A model generated the notes under the pieces. It ran no database searches. It was given only the letters and a program-made list of their open reading frames with translations, and was not told the origin of the DNA. Positions 28,872 to 39,114 of a stretch of DNA of 64,000 nt are shown here, piece by piece (position 1 is the first letter of the stretch; each line of letters starts with the position of its first letter). Source of the DNA: Candidatus Bathyarchaeia archaeon. Its GTDB lineage: Archaea > Thermoproteota > Bathyarchaeia > Bathyarchaeales > Bathycorpusculaceae. The position numbers and the translations under genes were made by a program. The stretch is from assembly GCA_049516875.1 (NCBI GenBank), contig JBEKSS010000003.1, positions 96,001 to 160,000 on the forward strand, given 5' to 3'.

Positions 28872-29837
28872 CTAGATTTTCGCGCCGCACTCCGGACAGA
28901 ACTTCGAACCTGCCGGAATCGTCTTTCCACACTTTGGACAGTTCATCGTCTGGCTTGACGGAGGAGTTATCACCGTTCCACACTCAGGACAGAACTTTGA
29001 GGTTGCCGGAATGTGCGTGCCGCACTTCGGACATATCACTAGAGCTGCAACCGGGGCCTGCACTGGGCCTGTGGGCGTCATAACCTGCGGAATGAGCACC
29101 ATGCCGGCTCCTAAGCCTGCTCCAGATGACTTTCCAAGGGATTCAGCAGCGCTCTTGACCGTTTCCATCCGCAGCACTTCGCTGGCACCAGTTCCGCCAG
29201 TCCTAAGCCAGAAAAGCCTCTCGCGGTACTCGGGGGTTGTGTCTATTCCTTCAAAACGCAGGTCAGTGAGCTCCAAGCCTACGCGTTTGAAGTAGTCCAT
29301 GATAGTGTTCTTCACTATCACCGATGTTTCGTCGAGCTTTGTGAACACGGTAAGCAGGTCGTAGTGTGAGAGTTCGTTGATTATCTTCTCATTCAGGAAT
29401 CCTCGCAGGTAGTTGTTCACGCCTTCAGTCGAATACGCCTGTTGCCCACCTACAACCTCGTTGACAAACAGTTGCGCGTTTTCGACCTTGAAGTAGAATG
29501 AGCCGTGCACTTGCAGAGGCGCAAGCTCAGTGGTCTGAGCCTGTGTACCGTATTTGCCGGCGAAGACTTTGGTTGAGATGAAGATGACCGCTGCCTTGAA
29601 CGGCTTATCCTTGAAACCCACGATCCGTGTCAGCAATCTTGTTAAGAGCGGCAGATTCAACGTTGTCAAAGTGTGTCTTCCCGCGTTGAAGACGTCGTAG
29701 GCCTTGCCGTCTCTGAAAAACACCGCAACTTCGTATTCGTTAACGATTAGCTGGGAACCCCACGTTATGTCTTCGCTTGGGTATCTCCACAGGATGTCGT
29801 CTGGCCCTGCGTTTGTCCATTCTATGACTTGCGGCAT
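28872..29837 (-). CDS. SPFH domain protein with double zinc ribbon (YdjI-like)
   Basis: GSQLIVNE..AVFFRDG...GRHTL.T.NLP; C-terminal CPKC..FCPECG twice. Confidence 0.9.
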   Translation of the reverse strand: MPQVIEWTNAGPDDILWRYPSEDITWGSQLIVNEYEVAVFFRDGKAYDVFNAGRHTLTTLNLPLLTRLLTRIVGFKDKPFKAAVIFISTKVFAGKYGTQAQTTELAPLQVHGSFYFKVENAQLFVNEVVGGQQAYSTEGVNNYLRGFLNEKIINELSHYDLLTVFTKLDETSVIVKNTIMDYFKRVGLELTDLRFEGIDTTPEYRERLFWLRTGGTGASEVLRMETVKSAAESLGKSSGAGLGAGMVLIPQVMTPTGPVQAPVAALVICPKCGTHIPATSKFCPECGTVITPPSSQTMNCPKCGKTIPAGSKFCPECGAKI

Positions 29838-29838
29838 T

Positions 29839-30375
29839 TTAACTCACTCCCATTATTACCTCTTCCCTTTTATCAAGGGTCTCATCGAAGGTCTCCAGCG
29901 TGTCCGTTAGGTTCTGCACGCGGTCTTTTGCCTTGTCGAATTTCTGCTTGGAAACCTCGGTTCTGAACGCGTCGACTTCGCTGGCTATGCTGTTCACTTG
30001 ATCAATCAGCTGGTTGTCGAAGTCGGTCATTCGATCAAGAGCTTCCTCTTGAATCTTAACAACGTCAAAGAAGCCGGAGTACCCGTAAGAAGCGTGATTT
30101 ACTCTTTCCGTAACGCGGTCAAACTTGGCGACAAGTCTATCCATGTCTGTCAGAACGTCCAATTGGCGACGGTCAGACATCTTCTGAAAAACAGTTTTAA
30201 AGTTTGTTCTCGCCTGCGCCAGCTTCTGGTACAAGTGGTTTCGAATAAGCTTGTCAGATTCTCTGCGGAGTTCTTTCTCTTTGTAACCGCGAAACCCTGG
30301 AAGTTCTGCAAGGATTCGCTCAGAGAGACGCATCTGCTTCTTCGCTGTTCCATAAACGTCCTTTTTCTCACTCAA
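29839..30375 (-). CDS. All-helical/coiled-coil conserved hypothetical protein
   Basis: LPGFRGYKEKELRRESDKLIR and ASYGYSGFFD; TTG start; 1 nt from the SPFH gene. Confidence 0.8.
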   Translation of the reverse strand: MSEKKDVYGTAKKQMRLSERILAELPGFRGYKEKELRRESDKLIRNHLYQKLAQARTNFKTVFQKMSDRRQLDVLTDMDRLVAKFDRVTERVNHASYGYSGFFDVVKIQEEALDRMTDFDNQLIDQVNSIASEVDAFRTEVSKQKFDKAKDRVQNLTDTLETFDETLDKREEVIMGVS

Positions 30376-30457
30376 GGTTTAATTCCTCACAATTTTTCTT
30401 TCGTTTTTATACATGAACGAGTGTTGCTTTTAAAGTTTCTTTACCATTCCCCGACTA

Positions 30458-31201
30458 TTAGAACCTGCCTGAAGGGATGTCGCCCTTTATTTCAGTCCCC
30501 GTTGCCCCGTCTATCAGCAGCTGATAGCCTCTGCCCTTGTACTCATACTTGACAAACCATATCGGCGCATGCAGATAGACCACCTGGCGCACGTCCATTT
30601 TTGTTTTCACTTCAATGATTTTATCAACGTCCTGCTGAATCAGAAAGCGATGATTTTCTTCAATCTGCTGCTTTGCAAGCTCAACCGCGTCGTCCTTGTT
30701 AACTTCGCTGTTTAAGACCTTGGCAAAAGCTTCGACTTTCCTAAAGTCAAAAGGTATCTTTCCCTCTAACGGGACCTCGTAATCCCTTGTCGGAAACTCG
30801 GTTGCTTTCCGCGCCAAGACAAGCCAGTCGTACTCCTTCTCTATCTTTCCCTCTTTCGTGACAGCCGGCGTTATGCGCTCAAAAATCCCCTTGTAAGTGC
30901 TTTCTGCCTTTGTGGATACCACCCAGAAAGGCAGGTATGTCAGGTTCTTTTCCTCGATTTTTGACTTTTTCGCGAGGTCTGACGGTTTTAGAAAGCCTTC
31001 GCGCATCCACTCTTTGATCGGTTCTTCGATTTGTGTTGGGTCAAACTTGTTCAGCAGCATCGAATGTTCGAACGTAAATGCCTGCCCGGTTTCGACGACA
31101 ACCGTGTAGCCGCAGTACTTGCACGTTGCTATTATTTCACCGGGTTGAAACGCTATCGGCGCTCCGCAGTGGGAGCATTTGATTTCATCAATGACGCTCA
31201 T
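30458..31201 (-). CDS. Zinc-ribbon protein (YdjG-like)
   Basis: CSHCGA...CKYCG, YLPFW and PIW...IDGATG. Confidence 0.82.
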   Translation of the reverse strand: MSVIDEIKCSHCGAPIAFQPGEIIATCKYCGYTVVVETGQAFTFEHSMLLNKFDPTQIEEPIKEWMREGFLKPSDLAKKSKIEEKNLTYLPFWVVSTKAESTYKGIFERITPAVTKEGKIEKEYDWLVLARKATEFPTRDYEVPLEGKIPFDFRKVEAFAKVLNSEVNKDDAVELAKQQIEENHRFLIQQDVDKIIEVKTKMDVRQVVYLHAPIWFVKYEYKGRGYQLLIDGATGTEIKGDIPSGRF

Positions 31202-31206
31202 ACATT

Positions 31207-32589
31207 CTACGCCTTCTGCTTCTCTCTCTTCAGAATCTCTTTCGACACGATGACGCCTGATGCGGAGGCCTGAATGAGCCCTCTTGTGACGCCGGCTCCG
31301 TCTCCGATGGTGAAAAGGTTGTGTATCTTGGTTTCCAAACAGTGACTCAGGTGTAGTCTTGAGGAATAGAATTTTACTTCGATGCCGTACAGCAGCGTGT
31401 CCCTCGAGTGCAGACCGGGAATCATCTTGTCCAACGCTTGAAGCATCTCTCGTATGTCGGCCAAGTAGCGATAGGGCAAGACGAAGCTGAGATCTCCGGG
31501 CGTGGCGTTCTTCAAGGTCGGAGTCACCACGCTTCGGGCGATCCTTTCAAGCGTTGACCTTCTTCCAGACTCCAAGTCGCCCAACCGCTGTATGATCACG
31601 CCCCCACTGAGAAGGTTTCCGAGCCTTGCAACGTATTTTCCGTAGGCTATCGGCTCCTTGAAAGGCTCCGTGAACGAGGTGCTCACCAGGAGAGCGAAGT
31701 TCGTGTTTTCCGTCTTCCTCTCCGCGTAGCTTTGGCCGTTAACCGTCAGGACTCCGTCGTAGGACTCTGTTATGACCTCGCCGTACGGTGCCACGCAGAA
31801 CGTGCGGACTTGATCATCAAAAGACTTTGAATAGTAGATGAGTTTGGGTTCATAAAGAACACTCGTCAGCTCCTCCATAACGGAAGCGAGAGTTTCAACT
31901 CTTATGCCGACGTCGACAGGGTTGCTGAACGTCTTAAGGCCTAAGGCCTGAGCTTCTGTTTGAAGCCATTCGGCCCCAATTCTTCCGGGTGCCACGATGA
32001 CATATTTGCCGAGGTATTTCTCGCCGTTTACAGTTTCGACCCCTTCAACGGCGCCATTCTTCACTATCAACCCTTTCACGTCGCTTCTCGGCTTGAACTC
32101 AACCTTCCCGTTCAGTTCTTGCCGCATTTTTCGAAGAGTCTGAGCGCATCTTTCCGTGCCCATGTGCCGAATCTTTTGGCGGATGAGTTTCAAGCCTGCC
32201 AACGATGCTTTCCGTTCAAACTCCTCCACTTTCTCGTCCTCTGCTCCGTACGTGTGTTCAGTCGCTCCGAATTTCAGGTAGACCGTGTCCACGTAGCTTA
32301 CGAGTTCTTCAAGCTCTTTGGGCGACACGTACTGGTTGAGCCATCCGCCCACTTCTGGAGACAACGTGAGTTTGCCGTCGCTGAAAGCTCCTGCCCCTCC
32401 CCAACCGGACAGAACCGAGCATGGGTCACAATTGACACACTCGAAACCGCGACTCGCAGGGCATTTGCGCTGGTTTATGTCCTGTCCTCTGTCCAGCATC
32501 ATAACACGCATGTTGTTTTTCTCTGCAAGTTCCAAAGCCGAGAATATTCCTGCAGGCCCAGCTCCAACGATTACTACGTCATATTTCAA
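31207..32589 (-). CDS. FAD-dependent oxidoreductase (COG2509-like)
   Basis: GAGPAG, GGAGAFSDGKL, RTFC, EVKFYS and GDGAGVTRG. Confidence 0.9.
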   Translation of the reverse strand: MKYDVVIVGAGPAGIFSALELAEKNNMRVMMLDRGQDINQRKCPASRGFECVNCDPCSVLSGWGGAGAFSDGKLTLSPEVGGWLNQYVSPKELEELVSYVDTVYLKFGATEHTYGAEDEKVEEFERKASLAGLKLIRQKIRHMGTERCAQTLRKMRQELNGKVEFKPRSDVKGLIVKNGAVEGVETVNGEKYLGKYVIVAPGRIGAEWLQTEAQALGLKTFSNPVDVGIRVETLASVMEELTSVLYEPKLIYYSKSFDDQVRTFCVAPYGEVITESYDGVLTVNGQSYAERKTENTNFALLVSTSFTEPFKEPIAYGKYVARLGNLLSGGVIIQRLGDLESGRRSTLERIARSVVTPTLKNATPGDLSFVLPYRYLADIREMLQALDKMIPGLHSRDTLLYGIEVKFYSSRLHLSHCLETKIHNLFTIGDGAGVTRGLIQASASGVIVSKEILKREKQKA

Positions 32590-32782
32590 CGGGCTTATCC
32601 CCTGAAACCCAGAACTACATGTAGCAACTAGCATATATTTCTAGCGAGCGACTTAATGGCGCTTCAGCGAAGAAACCATAGCGTCCACGCTAAGCCCTCC
32701 CTGTCGGAATTGCTAGGTCCAAGCTCTGTTACGCTTAAATGTGCGAACCGAAAATAACTAGGTGAAAAGGGGAGTTGATGAA

Positions 32783-33322
32783 ATGGTCAATTTGTGGCGA
32801 GACATTCCGTGCGGTCCGGATCCTCCGCACAAAGTCTATGCAATAATCGAGGTGCCAAACGGAAGCACCAACAAGTACAAGTATGATTGTAAAGCTGGGT
32901 TTTTCAAGCTTGACAGAGTCTTGTATTCTGCCCTTTACTACCTTGGTGATTATGGCATAATCCCCCGTTCATGGTCGTTGGACGGAGAGCCCCTCGACAT
33001 CTTGGTCTTGACAACAAAGCCCACCTTCACAGGCTGCGTGGTCACCGCGCGTCCTATCGGTGTTCTGACCACAGAGGACGAGAACGGACAGGATGACAAG
33101 ATCCTTGGAGTACCGGTCGATGACCCGAGGTTCGAGGAAGTTCAAGACATGGGCGACATTGCGAAGCATTTGAAGACAGAGATTGCAGACTTTTTCGTTA
33201 ACTACAAGAGGCTCGAACCGAAGAAATGGGTTAAAGTCAAGGAGTGGAAAGACGCGAAAGCTGCAGAAAAAATGATACTTGCCGCGTTTCAACTTTACAA
33301 AGAAGAGTTTCACACCACCTAA
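32783..33322 (+). CDS. ppa: Inorganic pyrophosphatase (family I)
   Basis: KYKYD..LDR, YGIIP, DGEPLD, DDKI and YKRLE. Confidence 0.93.
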   Translation: MVNLWRDIPCGPDPPHKVYAIIEVPNGSTNKYKYDCKAGFFKLDRVLYSALYYLGDYGIIPRSWSLDGEPLDILVLTTKPTFTGCVVTARPIGVLTTEDENGQDDKILGVPVDDPRFEEVQDMGDIAKHLKTEIADFFVNYKRLEPKKWVKVKEWKDAKAAEKMILAAFQLYKEEFHTT

Positions 33323-33436
33323 CCCGAGAAAGTGAAATGTGGACTTTTTCTAAGCACCTGCTCCTGTCGGAAACTAAATTTCCAGAAATTTAGATCGCTA
33401 GTTGCAAGCTGCTAGAAGTCGAAGCACCGGTAGTGA

Positions 33437-34915
33437 ATGAACAAAGTGTCCAAAGTCAAACTGCAATCTCAACTCACTCTTTTCGATGTCACAAACCTCG
33501 TGGTCGGAGCAATCATAGGAGCAGACATTTATGTGGCCTCAGCGTACGGAGCGCAGTACTTGGGTCCCTTTTCACTTGTTGTTTGGGTCATCGCAGGATT
33601 GATGGCCATCGTGATTGCACTATGCTTTGCCCAATGTGCATCGTTGCTTCCCAAGGTAGGCGGGCCGTACGCCTACGCAAGAGAAGCTTGGGGACCGTTT
33701 GCAGGTTTTATCGTCGGCTGGTCGCTCTGGCTTGCCGAATGGGTGTCACTGGCTGTTTTTCCCGGCGCCTTTGTTAATTACCTGAGTGTTTTCCTTCCAG
33801 GCCTTGATCTGGTTTACCAAACTCTTATCAAAGGGCTGTTCGTGCTGTTTCTCATTGCTACGAACATTTTCGGAGTCAGAGCGGCCGGAAGAACGAACGA
33901 CGTTCTTACTTTGGTCAAACTTGCTCCACTGATTCTCTTTGCGGCAGTTGGCTTATTGTTCGTGGTTGTTAACCCCGCTGTTGCGGCCTCCAATCTCTCC
34001 CCGTTCGCACCAAAGGGGTTTGGAAATTTCGGACTTGCTCTCGTCCTGATTTTCTGGGCTTACGCAGGCTTCGAAATTTCAACCATCCCGGCTGAAGAGA
34101 TAAAGGATGCGAAGAAAACTATCCCTAGGGCCATCGTTGTTGGGATTGCAATCGTGACGGTTTTCTATCTGGTGACGAACATCGTGCTTTTTGCCGTTCG
34201 ATCATACACTCTTTTAGGTTCAGACACTGCGCCGCTTGCTGAGGCAACCCTAGCAGTCCTGAGTTTTAGTTCTGTGCTGGTTCTCGTGGGCAAAGCAGTC
34301 GTGGGTGGTGGCGCGTTGGTGTCCGTTGCAGGTTCTGATGAGTCAGGGATGATAGGAACTTCAAGACTCGGATACGCTTTGGCGGCTGACGGTCTGTTCC
34401 CACGTGCCTTCGCCAAGATTCACCCAAAATACAAGACGCCTTACTTGGGAATAATAATCCAAGCCGTCACGGCGCTGATAGCTGCAATCTTCGGCACACT
34501 GCCAATCTTGATGGCAACCTCTGTTTTTCTGTTGGCAATAGCGTACACGGCCACCGGCCTGTCAGTCTTCTGGCTGCGCAAAAAGTTTCCAACACCCCAG
34601 TCTCGCTGGGAGGCCAGCTCTCTCATTCCGGCCTTGGGAATCATTTTCTCTCTTTTCCTAATCTTTGAGTGCGGAGTTGTCCAGATTGTTATAGGCGTAC
34701 TGATGCTTCTAGTTGGAATTCCAATCTACATCAGGTATTCTCCGAAGAAAGAACTGACAGATCTCAAGAACGCATTAATCGCCAGAGAAGCCGTTCTGGA
34801 AAGAGCCTACAAACAGGAGGACAGGTTTCTCGCTCACGTGCTGCGCCACGTGAAGAGGGGATACAGGAGAATTAGGGGTAAAGAGCAAACGTGGCAGACA
34901 ACAGACAAAGATTGA
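33437..34915 (+). CDS. APC family amino acid permease
   Basis: GAIIGADIY, GGPYAY, WAYAGFE and about 12 TM helices. Confidence 0.92.
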   Translation: MNKVSKVKLQSQLTLFDVTNLVVGAIIGADIYVASAYGAQYLGPFSLVVWVIAGLMAIVIALCFAQCASLLPKVGGPYAYAREAWGPFAGFIVGWSLWLAEWVSLAVFPGAFVNYLSVFLPGLDLVYQTLIKGLFVLFLIATNIFGVRAAGRTNDVLTLVKLAPLILFAAVGLLFVVVNPAVAASNLSPFAPKGFGNFGLALVLIFWAYAGFEISTIPAEEIKDAKKTIPRAIVVGIAIVTVFYLVTNIVLFAVRSYTLLGSDTAPLAEATLAVLSFSSVLVLVGKAVVGGGALVSVAGSDESGMIGTSRLGYALAADGLFPRAFAKIHPKYKTPYLGIIIQAVTALIAAIFGTLPILMATSVFLLAIAYTATGLSVFWLRKKFPTPQSRWEASSLIPALGIIFSLFLIFECGVVQIVIGVLMLLVGIPIYIRYSPKKELTDLKNALIAREAVLERAYKQEDRFLAHVLRHVKRGYRRIRGKEQTWQTTDKD

Positions 34916-34999
34916 AATTTCGCGCGTTTGCAACATTATCTAAAACGAAAAAACGATATAGGACAGACGTTGATATGGGTGTTGGAAGGCGGTTGCAAA

Positions 35000-35347
35000 A
35001 TGAAGGTATTTCCATACACAGATGTTGAATCACAGGACGCTGATTCAGGAGCAGAAAAGGTGAAGGTAAGATGGCTAATCACGAAGGAGATGGGTGCCCC
35101 CAACTTCGCGATGAGGTTGTTTGAAGTCGGTAAGGACGGATGCAGTCCTTTCCACAATCATGCGTGGGAACACGAAGTTTTCATACTTGAGGGCGAAGGA
35201 ACTGTTATGAGCGAAAAAGGACCTAAGAAGTTCAAACAAGGCGGCGTTGTTTTTGTTCTTCCAAACGAAAAGCATCAGTTCAGGAATGAAGGCAAAGGCG
35301 TATTGAAGTTCCTGTGCCTAGTACCTATCGAAAAGAAAAGTGAGTGA
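35000..35347 (+). CDS. Cupin domain protein
   Basis: H.H.WEHE...G.G and PNEKH. Confidence 0.9.
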   Translation: MKVFPYTDVESQDADSGAEKVKVRWLITKEMGAPNFAMRLFEVGKDGCSPFHNHAWEHEVFILEGEGTVMSEKGPKKFKQGGVVFVLPNEKHQFRNEGKGVLKFLCLVPIEKKSE

Positions 35348-35391
35348 GAGCGCACTAAGCTTTATATTTCGCCGCCAGCGCGAGTCACTCC

Positions 35392-36062
35392 ATGCCTTCC
35401 AAGATGGGGAAGAGGTACCCAAGCGACTACACCGAAGAGGAGCTTCGAGCCCAAGCCCGTGAACTCGAGAGCACCGTCACGATCCCTGCAAACGTTGAGA
35501 TTGAAGCTGATCACAGAGTACTTGACCTCGGTGAAGTGGAGAAGCTCCTGAGGCAGGCTAAGAACATCATCCCCCAGGACTGTGGCTGCCGCAGGACAAG
35601 GGGAACTGCGATGCCCCGCGAGACGTCTGCATCACCATAGACCCGCCGGAAGATTACATCGCCAAGAACGCAAGATGTCACCCCCACGAGTCCACGCTGG
35701 AGGGGACACTCAACGCTCTGAGGAGGAGCCACGAACTCGGCCTTGTCCACATGGCTTACACGATGAAGGACAACGATCATCCCACGGTAATGTGCAGCTG
35801 CTGCCCTTGCTGTTGCCACACGCTGGGCGGACTTCTTCGCCACGGTATAGCGGCGCAGGTTCTTACATCCAGGTTCGTTGCCGAGGAGGACGAGGAAAAG
35901 TGTGCAGGGTGTGGTCGGCGTGTTGACCGATGCGTCTTCGGGATCCGTCACCTCGACAACGGCGAGCTTAGGTACGACAGATGTAAATGTTTCGGCTGCT
36001 GCCTCTGCTTCTCTACATGTCCCGCCGGTGCGATATCTCTCGTACCTCGAGCGAGCGCTTGA
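35392..36062 (+). pseudogene. 4Fe-4S dicluster protein with frameshift
   Basis: CGCRRTRG continues as (N)CDAPRDVC...GLVH...CSCCPCCC...CFGC.LC...CP in another frame; break at the G-run near 35599-35603. Confidence 0.75.
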
Positions 36063-36097
36063 AAGAAAAATCGTGAACGTTTTTTTAGGTTTACAGG

Positions 36098-36376
36098 TCA
36101 ATCCTTTATTGCTTCAAGCAGGCTCATTACGTTCCACAGTTTGACTCTGGTGTAAGGTGGCATGTTTGGATCCTGCAGGATTTCGTCCATGAGTGATATG
36201 GCGTTCGCTGCTCTGACCGCGGGTGTGTACTCCTTTGTTTGTAGAGCGTCCAAGGAATCCTTAGCGGCTCTTCTAATGTTTCTAGGTGTCGTGTTGTCCT
36301 CGGAAACAGCTCCAAGCACGGCTAACGCTTGTTTTATCCGCTCTTCGTATTCCTCCATTTTCTTCTTTCTAACCAT
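36098..36376 (-). CDS. UPF0147 family protein
   Basis: DNTTPRNIRRAA...DPNMP..R. Confidence 0.92.
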   Translation of the reverse strand: MVRKKKMEEYEERIKQALAVLGAVSEDNTTPRNIRRAAKDSLDALQTKEYTPAVRAANAISLMDEILQDPNMPPYTRVKLWNVMSLLEAIKD

Positions 36377-36450
36377 TCTGCCATCCCGCGTAATCCGTGA
36401 TAGCCTTGTTATATAAGCTGGGATACCTATTTACTTTGGGGTTTTAAAGC

Positions 36451-36816
36451 TTGTCGCGAAAACCACGTGAAGAGCCGCACATCAAACGGATGGCTGATCT
36501 CCTGCGCCAAGGCTCGACACTGACAGAGTTAGCCTGTCCCGCGTGTGCTTCGCCCTTGTTCAGACTGAAAAACGGTGGCCTGTGGTGTGGAAGGTGTGAG
36601 AAAAAGGTCATAGTGGTGAAGGAAGGAGAGGGAGAGACAGAAGCAACAGGCTCCATCGCCCTCCAAAACCTCGAAGTCACCCTTCTGGCCAAGGTTCAGA
36701 CAATACAGAACAGAATAGAACACGAAGAGAACCCCGAAGAACTGCAGAAACTGAACACCGCGCTCTCCGGACTCTTAGAGAACCTCGAGAGAATAAGAAA
36801 AACAAAGAAGACATAG
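36451..36816 (+). CDS. UPF0148/Sjogren autoantigen p27-like zinc ribbon protein
   Basis: MADLLRQG..L...CPAC.SPLF...C..C. Confidence 0.88.
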   Translation: MSRKPREEPHIKRMADLLRQGSTLTELACPACASPLFRLKNGGLWCGRCEKKVIVVKEGEGETEATGSIALQNLEVTLLAKVQTIQNRIEHEENPEELQKLNTALSGLLENLERIRKTKKT

Positions 36817-36823
36817 GCGTCTC

Positions 36824-37339
36824 ATGACAATGCTCGGATTCTACGCAAACTTTCCGCAAAACATTCACAAGGCAGAAACCTTCTCCACCTCAATCTCGAA
36901 CAAGAAGCTGCAGCAGGTGCTGGTAGAGGCTCTGTACAAGTTGAACAGCGAAACCCTCTGCCTGGAAGAAGTCTCTACGCCTTCAATTCCAGGTTGCAAG
37001 GTCATTTTCGAGGTCGGAGTGGCTGAAGGCAACGACTTCAATTACGTAGATAACGAAGAAAGAGAAAGGCTGCTGGGAGCCTTAAACAAGAAGCCCTTCC
37101 AAATAATGGATTTTCTCTGCGTCGTCCGCTATCACAAGATTCGAAAAGAAAGGAAAGCGCGCATGAGGTTTGATTATTACATGCTACGCTTGGTGTTCGG
37201 TGATAAATTCATGGAAATTCAGATTTCCCATGAAAGAGGGCTAATGCACACTTCGGCTGATGATCTCGTAAAACTCGTCGTGAACAAGGTTAACGCTGCT
37301 TTCTCAAAGAGAGTGCTGAGGCCTTCTGAAGCTGCCTAG
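36824..37339 (+). CDS. Hypothetical protein
   Basis: 171 aa ORF tightly downstream of UPF0148. Confidence 0.75.
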   Translation: MTMLGFYANFPQNIHKAETFSTSISNKKLQQVLVEALYKLNSETLCLEEVSTPSIPGCKVIFEVGVAEGNDFNYVDNEERERLLGALNKKPFQIMDFLCVVRYHKIRKERKARMRFDYYMLRLVFGDKFMEIQISHERGLMHTSADDLVKLVVNKVNAAFSKRVLRPSEAA

Positions 37340-37935
37340 AAGTCTTTTTTCAGAAAACTTTGGACGACAGCAGCAATGTCTCCCGCAACTTCCCTCTTGG
37401 GTTTGTTTCCGTCCACCCTGACCAGTTCGCCCTTTTCAATGAATTTAACGTAGACTTGTCGCACTTTTCTCTGTGTTTCAAGGGTCTCCATAACTGACTT
37501 CTTAGGCTTCAGCCTTTGAACGACGGTTTCAGGTTCCACGTCGATGAAAATTGCCAGGTCGGGGCGTACCGCGTGCTCGTTTATCTTCTCAATCCACTCC
37601 AGGTCAAGCCCGGTTGCTCCTTGATAGGCTAGGGAGGAGTAGACGTAACGGTCAGAAACAACTATTTTCCCTTTTTTCAGAGCGGGCAGAACGGTGTTTT
37701 CAACGTGTTCAAAACGGTCTGCAGCAAACAGCAACGCCTCAATCACGCCTGAACTGCGCTTGTCACTGTGCAGACAGTGTTTCTTGATGAACATTCCTAT
37801 TCTTCCACCGCTCGGTTCAGCCGTGTAAACCGCATCATAGCTTCTCCTCAGCCTTCTCACAAGCAGCTTTGCCTGCGTGGTCTTTCCACATCCGTCTAAC
37901 CCTTCGACGCAAATGAAAACTCCTTTGGAACTCAT
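37336..37935 (-). CDS. tmk: Thymidylate kinase
   Basis: EGLDGCGKTT, LFAADR and DRY..SS.AYQ. Confidence 0.95.
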   Translation of the reverse strand: MSSKGVFICVEGLDGCGKTTQAKLLVRRLRRSYDAVYTAEPSGGRIGMFIKKHCLHSDKRSSGVIEALLFAADRFEHVENTVLPALKKGKIVVSDRYVYSSLAYQGATGLDLEWIEKINEHAVRPDLAIFIDVEPETVVQRLKPKKSVMETLETQRKVRQVYVKFIEKGELVRVDGNKPKREVAGDIAAVVQSFLKKDF

Positions 37936-38088
37936 CCTCCCCCATCCTACGACCCTAAACAATTATGCATTGTAAGGATAGGAATATTAAATGTTATTTT
38001 GCATTTCTCAAAGTGCCGCTGCAAAGCGGCAAATTCTTGATATAGCTCTTTAGGGTAATAGCGCAAGTGGACTCGATTTGGAGTTGAT

Positions 38089-39024
38089 GTGATGGCGCGT
38101 GTTGGTTCGGATAATAGTGTCGACAGATACCCCAATGAAACCATGAGACTGCTTTTTGAGAGGTCGAGTTGTCGAAGCTTCTTGGACAAGAAGATTCCAG
38201 AAGATGTCCTGAGTCTTGTTCTTGAAGCAGGGATTCACGCTCCCACCGCGGGAAACCTGCAGCCCTATTCCATCATAAGAATAGAAAACAAAGAAACGAA
38301 GCAGAAACTGGCCGAAATGTGTGAACAGAGTTTCATAGGCAAGGCTCCAATCCTTCTGCTGTTTTGCCTTGACTTGCACCGCAACGAGAGATGGGCAAAC
38401 CTGGAAGCTGCTCCCTACACGGCAACCAGTTCCTTCCGCCATTTCTGGGTGTCTTTCCAAGACACTATCATATGCGCGCAAAACATCTGCACGGCTGCAG
38501 ACTCGATGGGGCTGGGCTCAGTGTACATTGGCACAGTAATCGATTATCCCGCCAAAATTCAGGCGATGTTCAAGTTGCCGAAAGGAGTGTTTCCAGTTGT
38601 GCTTCTCTGCATGGGATACCCAACGAAGAGAATGAAACCGCGAAACAAACTAGGTGCCAAAGTTGTTGTCCATTCGGAATGCTACCGGGAAATGAAAGAT
38701 CAAGAAGTAATAGACGCCTACAACCAGAAGTATAGTGACGAGAAGCATCGTGGCGAGAAGCTTGGCATTTCCGAAGAAAGGTTAGAGACAATAATGAAAG
38801 TCTGTCGTGCAGTTGCTGGAGAGGAGTTCGCCAAGAAATGCGCTGACCGAATCAAGGCAGATGGATACATAAACATAGCGCAACACTATTTCGGACTCCA
38901 TTACCGAGCTGATGTTATGCCTCAAGGAAATGATGACTATATCAGACTGATGGAAGAATCAGGGTTCAAATGGTTCAAGAAATATCAGGCTCCATTTGCA
39001 GCTAAGGGAACACAAAAAGAATGA
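38089..39024 (+). CDS. Nitroreductase (NfsA-like)
   Basis: RSSCRSF, APTAGNLQPY and GLGSVYIG. Confidence 0.9.
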   Translation: MMARVGSDNSVDRYPNETMRLLFERSSCRSFLDKKIPEDVLSLVLEAGIHAPTAGNLQPYSIIRIENKETKQKLAEMCEQSFIGKAPILLLFCLDLHRNERWANLEAAPYTATSSFRHFWVSFQDTIICAQNICTAADSMGLGSVYIGTVIDYPAKIQAMFKLPKGVFPVVLLCMGYPTKRMKPRNKLGAKVVVHSECYREMKDQEVIDAYNQKYSDEKHRGEKLGISEERLETIMKVCRAVAGEEFAKKCADRIKADGYINIAQHYFGLHYRADVMPQGNDDYIRLMEESGFKWFKKYQAPFAAKGTQKE

Positions 39025-39114
39025 GACCAACCAGCAGGCTCTGCCCAAAGCAGTGTTAGGCATTATAAGAATAGACGCACCTAATGGATATCCAAAGGCT
39101 GAGGAAGGTTGTAA

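Noticed and set aside
31960-32631. Long antisense ORFs here and elsewhere (e.g. 59808..60407, 29998..30552, 56724..57269)
   Set aside because: Shadow frames of well-supported genes on the opposite strand
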